Source: Acinetobacter phage vB_AbaP_Acibel007. Taken from it: a stretch of DNA of 42,654 bases. The notes under the pieces are model-generated. The model made no database searches, was not told the DNA's origin, and worked only from the letters and a program-made list of their open reading frames with translations. Both the position numbers and the translations under genes were made by a program. Where the stretch lies: sequence record KJ473423.1. One strand, given 5' to 3'. Of this stretch, positions 16,865-25,383 are shown piece by piece. The number at the start of each line of letters is the position of its first letter. Within the stretch, counting starts at the first letter, position 1.

Positions 16865-17417
16865 TATTCCTGAAGCTGTACAGCACGTTATTGATCAACT
16901 TAAATTGGTTGGTATTGAAGCTACGTTGGTAGGTGGTGCGTTACGTGCTGCTGCTCTTGGTGGTACATCCAATGATTATGATTTAGTTATATTTGGTGAA
17001 CGTGAGGACTTCTTCCACACTGATAAGGAGATCGAGTATTTAGGTTTCCGTAACCAACACCATGACGAATACTGTAACAACGAGGGTTATGTAGCAGATT
17101 GGCGTAAAGATGATGTGAATATCATCATGTATGATTCTTGCAAAGTAGCTGACTGGTATGCCTTGATTGAAGTGTTTGATTTAAACATCAACCAATGGTA
17201 TATCAACGAAGCAGGTGAGCTTGAGAATGATTACTATGACCCTGAAACTAAGCTCGTAAGTATTAACCCATTCCGTGATGGTCTAGGTCATGCTGAACGT
17301 CTCACCCAACGTATTGAACGCTTCCGTACTATGCTTCCCGATCTTGATTGGTCTGAGATTGAGAAGCGTCGTAAGGTTAACGATTACCTTGGTACGGAGA
17401 TCGTAAGTTATGTCTAA
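16854..17417 (+). CDS. Putative nucleotidyltransferase (Pol-beta-like NTase fold)
   Basis: The N-terminus GGALRAAALGGTSNDYDLVIF matches the GGxVRD…DxD head-domain signature of CCA-adding/polyA-polymerase-type nucleotidyltransferases. 187 aa. Confidence 0.5.
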   Translation: MKYNIPEAVQHVIDQLKLVGIEATLVGGALRAAALGGTSNDYDLVIFGEREDFFHTDKEIEYLGFRNQHHDEYCNNEGYVADWRKDDVNIIMYDSCKVADWYALIEVFDLNINQWYINEAGELENDYYDPETKLVSINPFRDGLGHAERLTQRIERFRTMLPDLDWSEIEKRRKVNDYLGTEIVSYV

Positions 17418-17859
17418 ACCTTTACAACGTATCCCACGTAGTCAGTTATTAGCTGTCACTATGTCCATCCTAGCCAAGCAAGGCGGGAAGTGTCCTATCT
17501 GCTGTCGTATGATTAACACTAAGGTTGCAGGTCGATCTTCAGACTACGTAGCCGATCATGATCATAAGACAGGTGAGATTCGTGGTGTACTTCATCGTTC
17601 CTGTAATGCTGCTGAGGGTAAGGTAGCCAATGCAGCAGGGGCGTGGGGTGCTAAGTCTATGGCGTATGAGGATATTGTCCCATTCGTTGAGGGTTTAGTT
17701 ACATACTGGAAGAACGCTGAGAAGTATGGTACTGGTATGATGTACCCTGAGCACAAAACTGATGAGCAAAAGAAAGCTGCTGCGTCATTGAAACGTCGTA
17801 AAGCTTACGCTGCAAACAAAGCTAAACAAAAGGTAAAAGATAATGCAAGTAAACGATAA
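17410..17859 (+). CDS. Endonuclease VII-type Holliday junction resolvase (HNH-like)
   Basis: CPICC…DHDHKTGEIRGVLHRSCNAAEGK matches the T4 endonuclease VII / recombination-endonuclease signature. Confidence 0.8.
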   Translation: MSKPLQRIPRSQLLAVTMSILAKQGGKCPICCRMINTKVAGRSSDYVADHDHKTGEIRGVLHRSCNAAEGKVANAAGAWGAKSMAYEDIVPFVEGLVTYWKNAEKYGTGMMYPEHKTDEQKKAAASLKRRKAYAANKAKQKVKDNASKR

Positions 17860-18034
17860 GATTACATGTGCCTATGCAGGGCAGTATCAAGGCACATATC
17901 TTACAACATTTAAAACTTATACAGCCCTCAGTACCATGCACGATCATGGACGGGACTATGTAAATCTAGTTGATGATTCAGGTGCAGAACGCACATATAC
18001 CGCTAACCGATTCGTAGTACAGGAGAACTCTTAA
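17843..18034 (+). CDS. Hypothetical small protein (63 aa)
   Basis: Translationally coupled on both sides. Confidence 0.45.
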   Translation: MQVNDKITCAYAGQYQGTYLTTFKTYTALSTMHDHGRDYVNLVDDSGAERTYTANRFVVQENS

Positions 18035-18969
18035 TGTCACAAGCCCACTTCAATAAACTGAAACCGTGGAAACAAACTGCACTACGTCTACACATGCAAG
18101 GTATGACTGCTGCTGAAATCTCTCGTGAATTTAATAATGAAATCTCAGATCGCACTATCCGAGATAACATTCAGAAACTTGCACCTCAATTTGAACGTAG
18201 TGTTGTACTTGCAGATCGTAAACCAACTATATTCGTGATTGGTGATACACAGTGTAAGCAAGGTATTGACCTCGATTATATGCATTGGATTGGGTCTTAT
18301 ATCGCATACAAGAAACCTGACATTATTGTGCATATCGGTGATCACTATGATATGGCTTCATTATCAAGTTATGATAAGGGTCAGTTAAAGGCTGAGGGTC
18401 GTCGTGTTGTAGAAGATATTGAGGCGGGTGATAAAGGTATCGAGATCATCGAATCTTATATTGCTAAGGTCAAAGGTTATAAACCACGTAAGGTTGCGAC
18501 GTTAGGTAATCATGAGCATCGTATTGATCGTTACGTTAATGATAATCCTGAGCTTGAGGGTTTCATGGGTACAGATCAATTAGCCTTTGCTAAACACGGT
18601 TGGGAAGTCTTTCCGTTCTTAACACCCGCCACTATCTGTGGTATCAACTTCGTACACTTTGTACAGAACGGTATGACGGGTAAACCGCTAGGTGGTACGA
18701 TCTTAACTCGACTGAAGAACGTGGGTGAGTCTTTCGTAATGGGGCATCAACAAACACTTGATCATTGTATCCGCTATCTACCCCTAAGTGGTCGAGCGCA
18801 GATTGGTGTTATCATTGGTGCATGTTATGAACACATGGAAGACTATAAAGGCGTACAAGGTAATCATCACTTCCGAGGTTGTGTTATGCTATATGAATGT
18901 AATGATGGTTTTGGTTTGGTTAAGCCTGTATCACTTCAACACATGAAAGATCAATTCTTAGGAGCTTAA
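18034..18969 (+). CDS. Calcineurin-like metallophosphoesterase with N-terminal HTH-like region
   Basis: MPP motifs: VIGDTQ (I), HIGDHYD (II), LGNHEHR (III, GNHE). The N-terminal ~60 aa are helix-turn-helix-like (MTAAEISREF…RTIRDNIQKL). Confidence 0.7.
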   Translation: MSQAHFNKLKPWKQTALRLHMQGMTAAEISREFNNEISDRTIRDNIQKLAPQFERSVVLADRKPTIFVIGDTQCKQGIDLDYMHWIGSYIAYKKPDIIVHIGDHYDMASLSSYDKGQLKAEGRRVVEDIEAGDKGIEIIESYIAKVKGYKPRKVATLGNHEHRIDRYVNDNPELEGFMGTDQLAFAKHGWEVFPFLTPATICGINFVHFVQNGMTGKPLGGTILTRLKNVGESFVMGHQQTLDHCIRYLPLSGRAQIGVIIGACYEHMEDYKGVQGNHHFRGCVMLYECNDGFGLVKPVSLQHMKDQFLGA

Positions 18970-18971
18970 TT

Positions 18972-19613
18972 ATGAAAATCGGTTTAATTGGTTTAGCAGG
19001 TGCAGGTAAGGACACAGCAGCATTATTGATTCAAAAGATTCTTACAGATAATGGTAAAGCATACAAGATTGATCGCTTTGCTAAGCCTCTTAAAGATGCA
19101 GCTCGTGAGGTCTTCGGTGCTACATTCGATGATCGTGATGTTAAGGAAGTACCTGTTAAGGTAGATCAAGATACCATGATTGAAGCCTCATTTAAAGCGT
19201 TACGTAAGTGCCGACTTACTGAAGCTGAAATGGATAAAGCATCTGAGTTGTTCTTTGAACACTTAGGATTTTGGAATTACCTATCCCCTCGTAAATACCA
19301 ACAGTTGCTCGGTACAGAGGTTGGACGAGCTGCACGTAGTACCGTATGGTCTGATCGAATTACGAAGTCTACAGCTAATCTGATCGTACCTGATGTACGG
19401 TTTGATGGGGAGGTTGTAGATTACAATATTCTAATCACCCGTCACCCTGTAGGGGTCGGTAGTGTACATGCTTCTGAGGTACTCGCTACAGAGATGCAGC
19501 TAGGTCTTAATGAATCTTATGATGCTATGTTCACGAACACTGGTACTATTGATGAGCTTGAGTCTAAGCTACGTACCCACATTGAAAACTTAATTAAGCA
19601 AGAGGTTATCTAA
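18972..19613 (+). CDS. Putative deoxynucleoside-monophosphate kinase (P-loop)
   Basis: The N-terminus MKIGLIGLAGAGKDTAALLI carries the G-x-x-GxGKDT P-loop typical of T4/T5-type dNMP kinases. Confidence 0.55.
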   Translation: MKIGLIGLAGAGKDTAALLIQKILTDNGKAYKIDRFAKPLKDAAREVFGATFDDRDVKEVPVKVDQDTMIEASFKALRKCRLTEAEMDKASELFFEHLGFWNYLSPRKYQQLLGTEVGRAARSTVWSDRITKSTANLIVPDVRFDGEVVDYNILITRHPVGVGSVHASEVLATEMQLGLNESYDAMFTNTGTIDELESKLRTHIENLIKQEVI

Positions 19614-19617
19614 TCGT

Positions 19618-22047
19618 ATGGATTTACTACAACGTCAGATTGATTTGGAAGAAGAATACTCAACAGCAAGTTTAGTTGCAGGCCAACAACAGATCATGGA
19701 TGCTTTCAAACAAGGACGAGCTTCTGACGTTGGTTCAGGGCGCTTGTTACTTGCTAAAGCATTCCAAGCTTCTATGGAAGACTTTGAATCATTCTTAGCT
19801 AAACCACTATCAGGTATTGGTGGTAAGTATAAGAAGTTATTAAAGATTGCAAAGCCTGAAGTATTAGTTATGGCGGGTATCCGCGAGGTTATCAATGGCT
19901 GTGCTAACCCTGAACCTATAGTAATGCAGAGCTTCTTACGTCAACTAGGTCGGATTATTGAATCTGAATCTATGTTGGTATGTATGGAGCAAGTATCTGA
20001 TGTTTATACAAATCGTACAGTAGAGTATCTTGATTCAGCAGGTACTAAATCCACTACACACCGCTACCGTACATTCCTTAAAGGCGCACAGAACATGGGT
20101 CTTAACTGGGAACAATGGACTGTAGAGGAACGTATAGGTACTGCCCGTTTACTATTGACTTGTCTTTATGAAAGTACGGGTTTATTCAAGTGGGTAGCTA
20201 ACCGTGGCACTACAGATTCTATGTATTACCTTGTGCCAAGCGAGACTTTAGAGAAACACTTTGGAGAAGTACAGAGTGCTGCTAAGGCTGTAGTTAAATA
20301 TCCACCTATGTTAGTACCGCCAATGGATTGGACTGGACAATACGACGGGGGTTATATGACAGAGTGGTTTCGTTTACACTCTCCTATGTGTGGTATCCGT
20401 TTCATTAAACCTGAACATAAGAAATGGATTATTCAGAACTTAAACAGCGAGCAATCGCTCCCTGTACGTACTGCAATGAACAAAGCACAGTCTGTACCTT
20501 ACCGTGTGAATCAGCGTGTATTGACGATTCTACGTACTGCTACGGCTATGCGTGTGGGTATCCTTGGATTACCTAGTTTCGTTGAAACACCTAAACCTGA
20601 GTTCCCATTACCGCAAGGTTGGGAAAAGGATGCAGCTACACAAGCCGAGCTTGAACAATTCCAATTTTGGAAAACTCAAATGGCTACTTACTACACTAAT
20701 GAGGCTAAACGTAAAGGTCGTCACATGGGTATCCTGTCACGTATCAATGAACTTGTGAAATATCAAGAGGAATCACGCTTATACTTCCCGACATTCATTG
20801 ACTGGCGTGGTCGTTTATACTTCCGTTCTAATCTTAACCCGCAATCATCTGATGCAGTTAAAGGCTGCTTAGAGTTCGCTGAGGGTAAAGTGTTAGGTAA
20901 AGATGGACTGCGTTGGTTAAAGGCGCATGTCGCTAACTGTTGTGGTTTTGATAAACACGACTTAGATACAAAGGTAGCTTGGACAGATGAGAACTGGTCG
21001 CAAATTGAAGATTTTATCAATAACCCCCTTGATGTTGATGCCCCTGAACCTGACACAGCATTTACATTATTGCAAGCTGCTATCGCCTTACAAGAAGCAC
21101 TCGCACTGCCTAATCCCGAACTTTATGTATGTCACGTACCTGTCGCTATGGATGCTACATGCTCAGGCTTACAGCACCTGTCTGCACTCACTCGTGACCC
21201 CGTAGGTAGTTATTACACAAACCTTGTAGATAACAAAGACAATAAAAAGTCTGACATTTACATGCGGGTTGCTGAAGTTGCTAAGAGCATGTTACCTAAG
21301 CTAATTGACGATGTGACAGTAGATCACTTTTGGAAAGTGAATGAGATCACACGTTCTATGGCTAAGAATCCTGTAATGACTTATGTGTACGGTGCAACGC
21401 TACTACGTTGTATTGATACCATTGGTTTAGCCCTATCTGAATCAGGTGTTGAACCTATTAAGAACGATGCAGGTAAAGTTGTATATAGTATGACTGCACT
21501 TGCTACACCTGTAGGGAAAGCTTTACGTAAAGGTGTTGAAGAAACTGTACCTGAATCTGCTAAGATGATGAAGTTCTTACAGACTGTGGTACGTAAACAT
21601 AAAGAGCATTGTATGCGTTGGGTTACCCCTGCGGGTGTTCCTGTAGTTAACTGGGCAGAGGGTTCTATCATCAAAACGCTTAACATCCGTTCTATGGGTG
21701 TCACCTCAGTAACTATGAAAGTAGGTACTAAGCAATATGATACTCGTTCAGCAGCAAACGGTATTGTACCCAACTTTGTACATAGTATGGACGGTTCACA
21801 TCTATGCTTAACTATTAACGAGTTCAATGGGCAGGTTCTACCTATCCACGACTCATTCGCTACCCATCCTAGTGACGTAGGTGCTATGCATGAAGCTTTA
21901 CGTAAGACATTTGCTGATATGTATAAAGCTTATGATATTAACGACTTCTTAACTTTCAATGAAGTCGATACAGAAGAATACGAAGCACCACCTCAAGGTA
22001 ATCTTGACTTGGACTCTGTACTCACAGCTCAATTTATGTTTTGTTAA
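19618..22047 (+). CDS. Single-subunit DNA-directed RNA polymerase (T7-like), 809 aa
   Basis: Catalytic motifs DATCSGLQHLSA (motif A) and PIHDSFATH (motif C). It lies at the end of the replication module directly upstream of the structural genes, which is phiKMV-type order. Confidence 0.95.
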   Translation: MDLLQRQIDLEEEYSTASLVAGQQQIMDAFKQGRASDVGSGRLLLAKAFQASMEDFESFLAKPLSGIGGKYKKLLKIAKPEVLVMAGIREVINGCANPEPIVMQSFLRQLGRIIESESMLVCMEQVSDVYTNRTVEYLDSAGTKSTTHRYRTFLKGAQNMGLNWEQWTVEERIGTARLLLTCLYESTGLFKWVANRGTTDSMYYLVPSETLEKHFGEVQSAAKAVVKYPPMLVPPMDWTGQYDGGYMTEWFRLHSPMCGIRFIKPEHKKWIIQNLNSEQSLPVRTAMNKAQSVPYRVNQRVLTILRTATAMRVGILGLPSFVETPKPEFPLPQGWEKDAATQAELEQFQFWKTQMATYYTNEAKRKGRHMGILSRINELVKYQEESRLYFPTFIDWRGRLYFRSNLNPQSSDAVKGCLEFAEGKVLGKDGLRWLKAHVANCCGFDKHDLDTKVAWTDENWSQIEDFINNPLDVDAPEPDTAFTLLQAAIALQEALALPNPELYVCHVPVAMDATCSGLQHLSALTRDPVGSYYTNLVDNKDNKKSDIYMRVAEVAKSMLPKLIDDVTVDHFWKVNEITRSMAKNPVMTYVYGATLLRCIDTIGLALSESGVEPIKNDAGKVVYSMTALATPVGKALRKGVEETVPESAKMMKFLQTVVRKHKEHCMRWVTPAGVPVVNWAEGSIIKTLNIRSMGVTSVTMKVGTKQYDTRSAANGIVPNFVHSMDGSHLCLTINEFNGQVLPIHDSFATHPSDVGAMHEALRKTFADMYKAYDINDFLTFNEVDTEEYEAPPQGNLDLDSVLTAQFMFC
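22016..22027 (+). promoter_or_regulatory. CTGTACTCACAG motif, copy 4, inside the last codons of the RNAP gene, 37 nt upstream of ATG 22065
   Basis: Exact core followed by CTCAAT. TTGACT sits 9 nt upstream. Confidence 0.45.
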
Positions 22048-22064
22048 TCAAGGAGATTACTACT

Positions 22065-22367
22065 ATGTTATTCACTATTATCGCTCTTGTTGTTCTTTCT
22101 TACATGTCAGTTAAATTATATGCTTGGGACTTGAAAAATGAGTTCACGGGTTTTGGTGACTTCCTTAAAGATTGGGTAGGTTGCTTCTCTAAAGCGGAGC
22201 TTGGTCAAGAATTTAAACTGTTTGGTTATGAGTTGGTAGAAGCGTTCAAAGCGTTCCTACTGCCTATCAAGACACTAGGTACTATTGCACTGGTCGTGTT
22301 CTCACCTATCCTACTATTTGTAGTTAATATCCTAACCGCACTTATCAAAGTACATAAACGTAAGTAA
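22065..22367 (+). CDS. Small membrane protein (100 aa, two predicted TM helices)
   Basis: ATG 22065 with an AGGAG SD. The track start 22041 is TTG. Hydrophobic stretches: IIALVVLSYMSV and TIALVVFSPILLFVVNILTALI. Confidence 0.55.
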   Translation: MLFTIIALVVLSYMSVKLYAWDLKNEFTGFGDFLKDWVGCFSKAELGQEFKLFGYELVEAFKAFLLPIKTLGTIALVVFSPILLFVVNILTALIKVHKRK

Positions 22368-22371
22368 TCAG

Positions 22372-22409
22372 AAGCCCTTGAGCCTAACCGCTTGAGGGCT
22401 TTTTTTTTT
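22372..22409 (+). terminator. Rho-independent terminator after the RNAP operon
   Basis: A 12-bp GC-rich stem (AAGCCCTTGAGC / GCTTGAGGGCTT, two G-U pairs) with a 6-nt loop, followed by a run of 10 T (22400-22409). Confidence 0.85.
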
Positions 22410-22430
22410 GTTTATCAATAACTTAACGAG

Positions 22431-22450
22431 TTACACAATGTTACACATGT
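22431..22450 (+). repeat. Tandem 10-bp direct repeat TTACACAATG / TTACACATGT between terminator and late element
   Basis: The two units differ by a 2-bp transposition (AT/TG) at unit positions 8-9 and are adjacent. Confidence 0.35.
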
Positions 22451-22502
22451 TGAATAACGTCTGTTCAATAGTGCTACGTAAGTGTATGATTTTAAATAAG
22501 TA

Positions 22503-22527
22503 ATTAGAAGATAGACGTATAAGATAG
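22503..22527 (+). promoter_or_regulatory. Conserved 25-bp element ATTAGAAGATAGACGTATAAGATAG, copy B (candidate late phage promoter), 18 nt upstream of the first late gene
   Basis: Identical to 11545-11569. It is the first element after the RNAP gene and terminator and heads the structural module. That is where a phage-RNAP late promoter is expected. Confidence 0.5.
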
Positions 22528-22545
22528 GAAAGGAGATTCAATCGT

Positions 22546-22719
22546 ATGAATATTCCAAAGTTTACAGATGATCAGATTGATTATTTAAATAGAGTATTTT
22601 CAGAGAATACAGTTATGACCTTAGACCCTAATGAGTTGTATAGACGATTAGGTAATAGACAGGTTATCCAACATATTATTCAGTGCAATGAGAATGCTAA
22701 ACGTAAGATCACATCTTAG
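22546..22719 (+). CDS. Hypothetical small protein (57 aa), first late ORF
   Basis: ATG with an AGGAG SD. It is below the ORF-track size cut-off but fills the gap before 22729. Confidence 0.45.
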   Translation: MNIPKFTDDQIDYLNRVFSENTVMTLDPNELYRRLGNRQVIQHIIQCNENAKRKITS

Positions 22720-22728
22720 GAGGTAGTT

Positions 22729-23052
22729 ATGGGTTTAGGTTCATTCCTGAAGAAATCCGTTAAAAATGCTTTCCGTGGTGGTAGTATGTGGAAATTCGCT
22801 TCTAAGGCTGCTAAGCCTGTTGAAGATCAGGTGCGTAGTATGTTAGGTCTTGATGCACTCAAAGACTTAGCAGGCGCACAGGAAGCACAACTACGGCAAC
22901 AACAGGAAGCTAATAAATTGGATGCTTCAGTGGAGTCTCAGAACGTGGCGCAGTTTGATGATACGTCAGACACAGGGTTTACAGGTACGGATTCCCGTCG
23001 CAAGAAGAAACAATCAGGTGCTTATTCACAGGCACTAGGTCTTCAGTTGTAA
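22729..23052 (+). CDS. Hypothetical protein (107 aa), possible virion-associated
   Basis: TAGGAGG SD. It lies directly upstream of the portal gene. Confidence 0.55.
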   Translation: MGLGSFLKKSVKNAFRGGSMWKFASKAAKPVEDQVRSMLGLDALKDLAGAQEAQLRQQQEANKLDASVESQNVAQFDDTSDTGFTGTDSRRKKKQSGAYSQALGLQL

Positions 23053-23061
23053 GGAGGTATT

Positions 23062-24612
23062 ATGGCTAAGTATCCTGAGATCACTTATTCACTCAAGGCA
23101 TTGTATAATCAGTATCGGGATACTTCACTACTTTCACGTATTGAAGACTATGCTTTTTGGACTATCCCTAGTGTGTTTCCAAAAGGTGATCAAGATTTTC
23201 GACAACAACAAAACCGTGCTATCGAATATGATTATCAAGCTGTAGGTGCAATGTTAGTAAACCGACTGGCTACTAAGTTGGCACGTACATTATTCCCCGC
23301 TAACCAATCGTTCTTTCGTATCGACGTTAGTGATGATTTAAAACAACTGTTTGAGCAAACGAAATTAGACAGTGTTATCGAATATGAAAACCAAGCATGT
23401 GAACAATTGTACATGAATGCATCTTATGCTCAACTTGTACAAGCAATGCGATTATTGGTTATTACTGGTGAGTGTTTACTGTATCGTTATAATAACGCAT
23501 TACGTGTATTCTCATTAAAGGATTACGTCCTTAAACGTAACAACGTTGGTGAGGTTATGGATATTGTTATCTGTGAGCATAAGTACCGTGAGGAACTTAC
23601 ACCTGATCAACGTGTCAAACTTCAGATTACAGAGTCTCAGACCCGTGTTAAACTCTATACCCGTGTTAAGCGTAAAGAGGTTTATGGTATTGTGTCTTGG
23701 CATGTAACACAGGAGATTAATGGTATCGACATTGGTACTAATACTGTGTATCGTGATAAGCTATGCCCATTCATCCCTGTCGCATGGAATCTCGTTAATG
23801 GTGATTCTTATGGTCGTGGTTATGTAGAGGATTATGCTGCTGACTTTGCTAAGTTATCAGATATGTCTCGTGAGCTTATGTCTTATGAGATGGAGTCTTT
23901 ACGTCTTCTACATATGGTTTCCCCTCAAGGGGCTGTGGATGTAGAGTCTGCTGCGAATGCCCCTAATGGTGAGTTTATTCAGGGTGACCCTAGTATGATC
24001 AAGCCTTATGAGGCAGGTTCGTACCAGAAGATTGCTGAGATTCGCAATGATCTTGAAGCTATTGAACAACGTTTAAATATCGCTTTTATGTATACAGGTA
24101 ATATGCGTGAGGGTGAACGTGTCACTGCTTATGAAATCCGTCAGAATGCTGAGGAAGCTGAGCAGGTCTTGGGAGGTGTGTACTCACAACTATCTCAAAG
24201 TATGCATTTACCATTAGCGTATTTATTACTATACGAAGTAAAACCAAACATCATGGAGGCGATTGACTCTCAGGAGATTAAACTAAATATCTTAACTGGT
24301 ATTCAGGCATTATCTCGTTCATCTGAGAACCAAGGTCTAGTAATTGCTTGTTCTGAGTTGAACGCTATTATCCCTACAATTGCACAGCTTGGTAAACGTT
24401 TTAATATTGATGCTATTGCAGATAAAGTCTTTGCATCTAATAACGTGAACATCAAAGATATTACATACACTGAGGAACAGCTACAGGCTAATGCTCGTGC
24501 TGAACAAGAAGCTATGGCTCAACAGCAGGCACAGATGACTCAAGGTATGCCACAACAACTTGCAGGGCAAGAGTCTGCTATCCAAGCAGTTCAACAAGCC
24601 CAACAATTTTAA
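23062..24612 (+). CDS. Head-tail connector (portal) protein
   Basis: 516 aa. First large late gene with an AAGGAGG SD. The C-terminus is Gln-rich. Size and position match T7 gp8. Confidence 0.8.
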   Translation: MAKYPEITYSLKALYNQYRDTSLLSRIEDYAFWTIPSVFPKGDQDFRQQQNRAIEYDYQAVGAMLVNRLATKLARTLFPANQSFFRIDVSDDLKQLFEQTKLDSVIEYENQACEQLYMNASYAQLVQAMRLLVITGECLLYRYNNALRVFSLKDYVLKRNNVGEVMDIVICEHKYREELTPDQRVKLQITESQTRVKLYTRVKRKEVYGIVSWHVTQEINGIDIGTNTVYRDKLCPFIPVAWNLVNGDSYGRGYVEDYAADFAKLSDMSRELMSYEMESLRLLHMVSPQGAVDVESAANAPNGEFIQGDPSMIKPYEAGSYQKIAEIRNDLEAIEQRLNIAFMYTGNMREGERVTAYEIRQNAEEAEQVLGGVYSQLSQSMHLPLAYLLLYEVKPNIMEAIDSQEIKLNILTGIQALSRSSENQGLVIACSELNAIIPTIAQLGKRFNIDAIADKVFASNNVNIKDITYTEEQLQANARAEQEAMAQQQAQMTQGMPQQLAGQESAIQAVQQAQQF

Positions 24613-24624
24613 TGGAGATTTAAA

Positions 24625-25365
24625 ATGACTCAAGAAGTAATTACACCTGAAGTAACCTCTGCTGCACCTGCACCTGCTGCTGTACAACCAGTGGTAGAAC
24701 CTGCTGTACAACCTGCTCAAGAAGTAGTATATCAGCAAGCTCCAAACTTCACAGGTGAATCTGTACTTGAAACTTCTATTAATATCTTCTCAAGTGGCGC
24801 AGGTATTGACGCTGTACGTTTTGAAGATGCAATTGAAAATGCAATCAAATACAATGACCCTAATTTAATTAATGTGGATGCACTTACCGCAGGTCTTAAA
24901 CCTGAGCACGCTGCTCAAGCTAAAGCATTGGCTCAAGCTGCATATCAGGAAACACAGGCTGCAATTCAACGTGCCTCACAAGAATCTATTGCTACGGCTG
25001 AACGTCTAGCAGGTGGTTCTGAACAATGGAAAAATATCAGTTCTACATTTAATACTAAAGCACCTGCTCATTTGAAAGCAGTAGTGTCACAGATGTTAGA
25101 TGCAGGTGACGTACAGAATGCTGTACAGTTCGTTATTGATACAGCAAATGGAGTAGGTCTAGTGAACAGTGGAAATGATCCGATGCAAGGCGGTGTTGGC
25201 GGTAATGGTGCTGCATCTTCAGGTATCTCACAAACAGAATATTTTGCACAATTAGCAACCCTAGAACGTGAAGCGGGTAACCGTTCATTTGAGCAGGGCG
25301 AGTACGCACACAAGTTAACTTTACTTCGTGATGCACGTAAACTAGGTCGTAATAACGGTCTTTAA
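24625..25365 (+). CDS. Scaffolding protein
   Basis: 246 aa, acidic and Ala/Gln-rich with low complexity. It lies between the portal and capsid genes, like T7 gp9. Confidence 0.7.
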   Translation: MTQEVITPEVTSAAPAPAAVQPVVEPAVQPAQEVVYQQAPNFTGESVLETSINIFSSGAGIDAVRFEDAIENAIKYNDPNLINVDALTAGLKPEHAAQAKALAQAAYQETQAAIQRASQESIATAERLAGGSEQWKNISSTFNTKAPAHLKAVVSQMLDAGDVQNAVQFVIDTANGVGLVNSGNDPMQGGVGGNGAASSGISQTEYFAQLATLEREAGNRSFEQGEYAHKLTLLRDARKLGRNNGL

Positions 25366-25383
25366 TATTAGGAGAATTTAATC

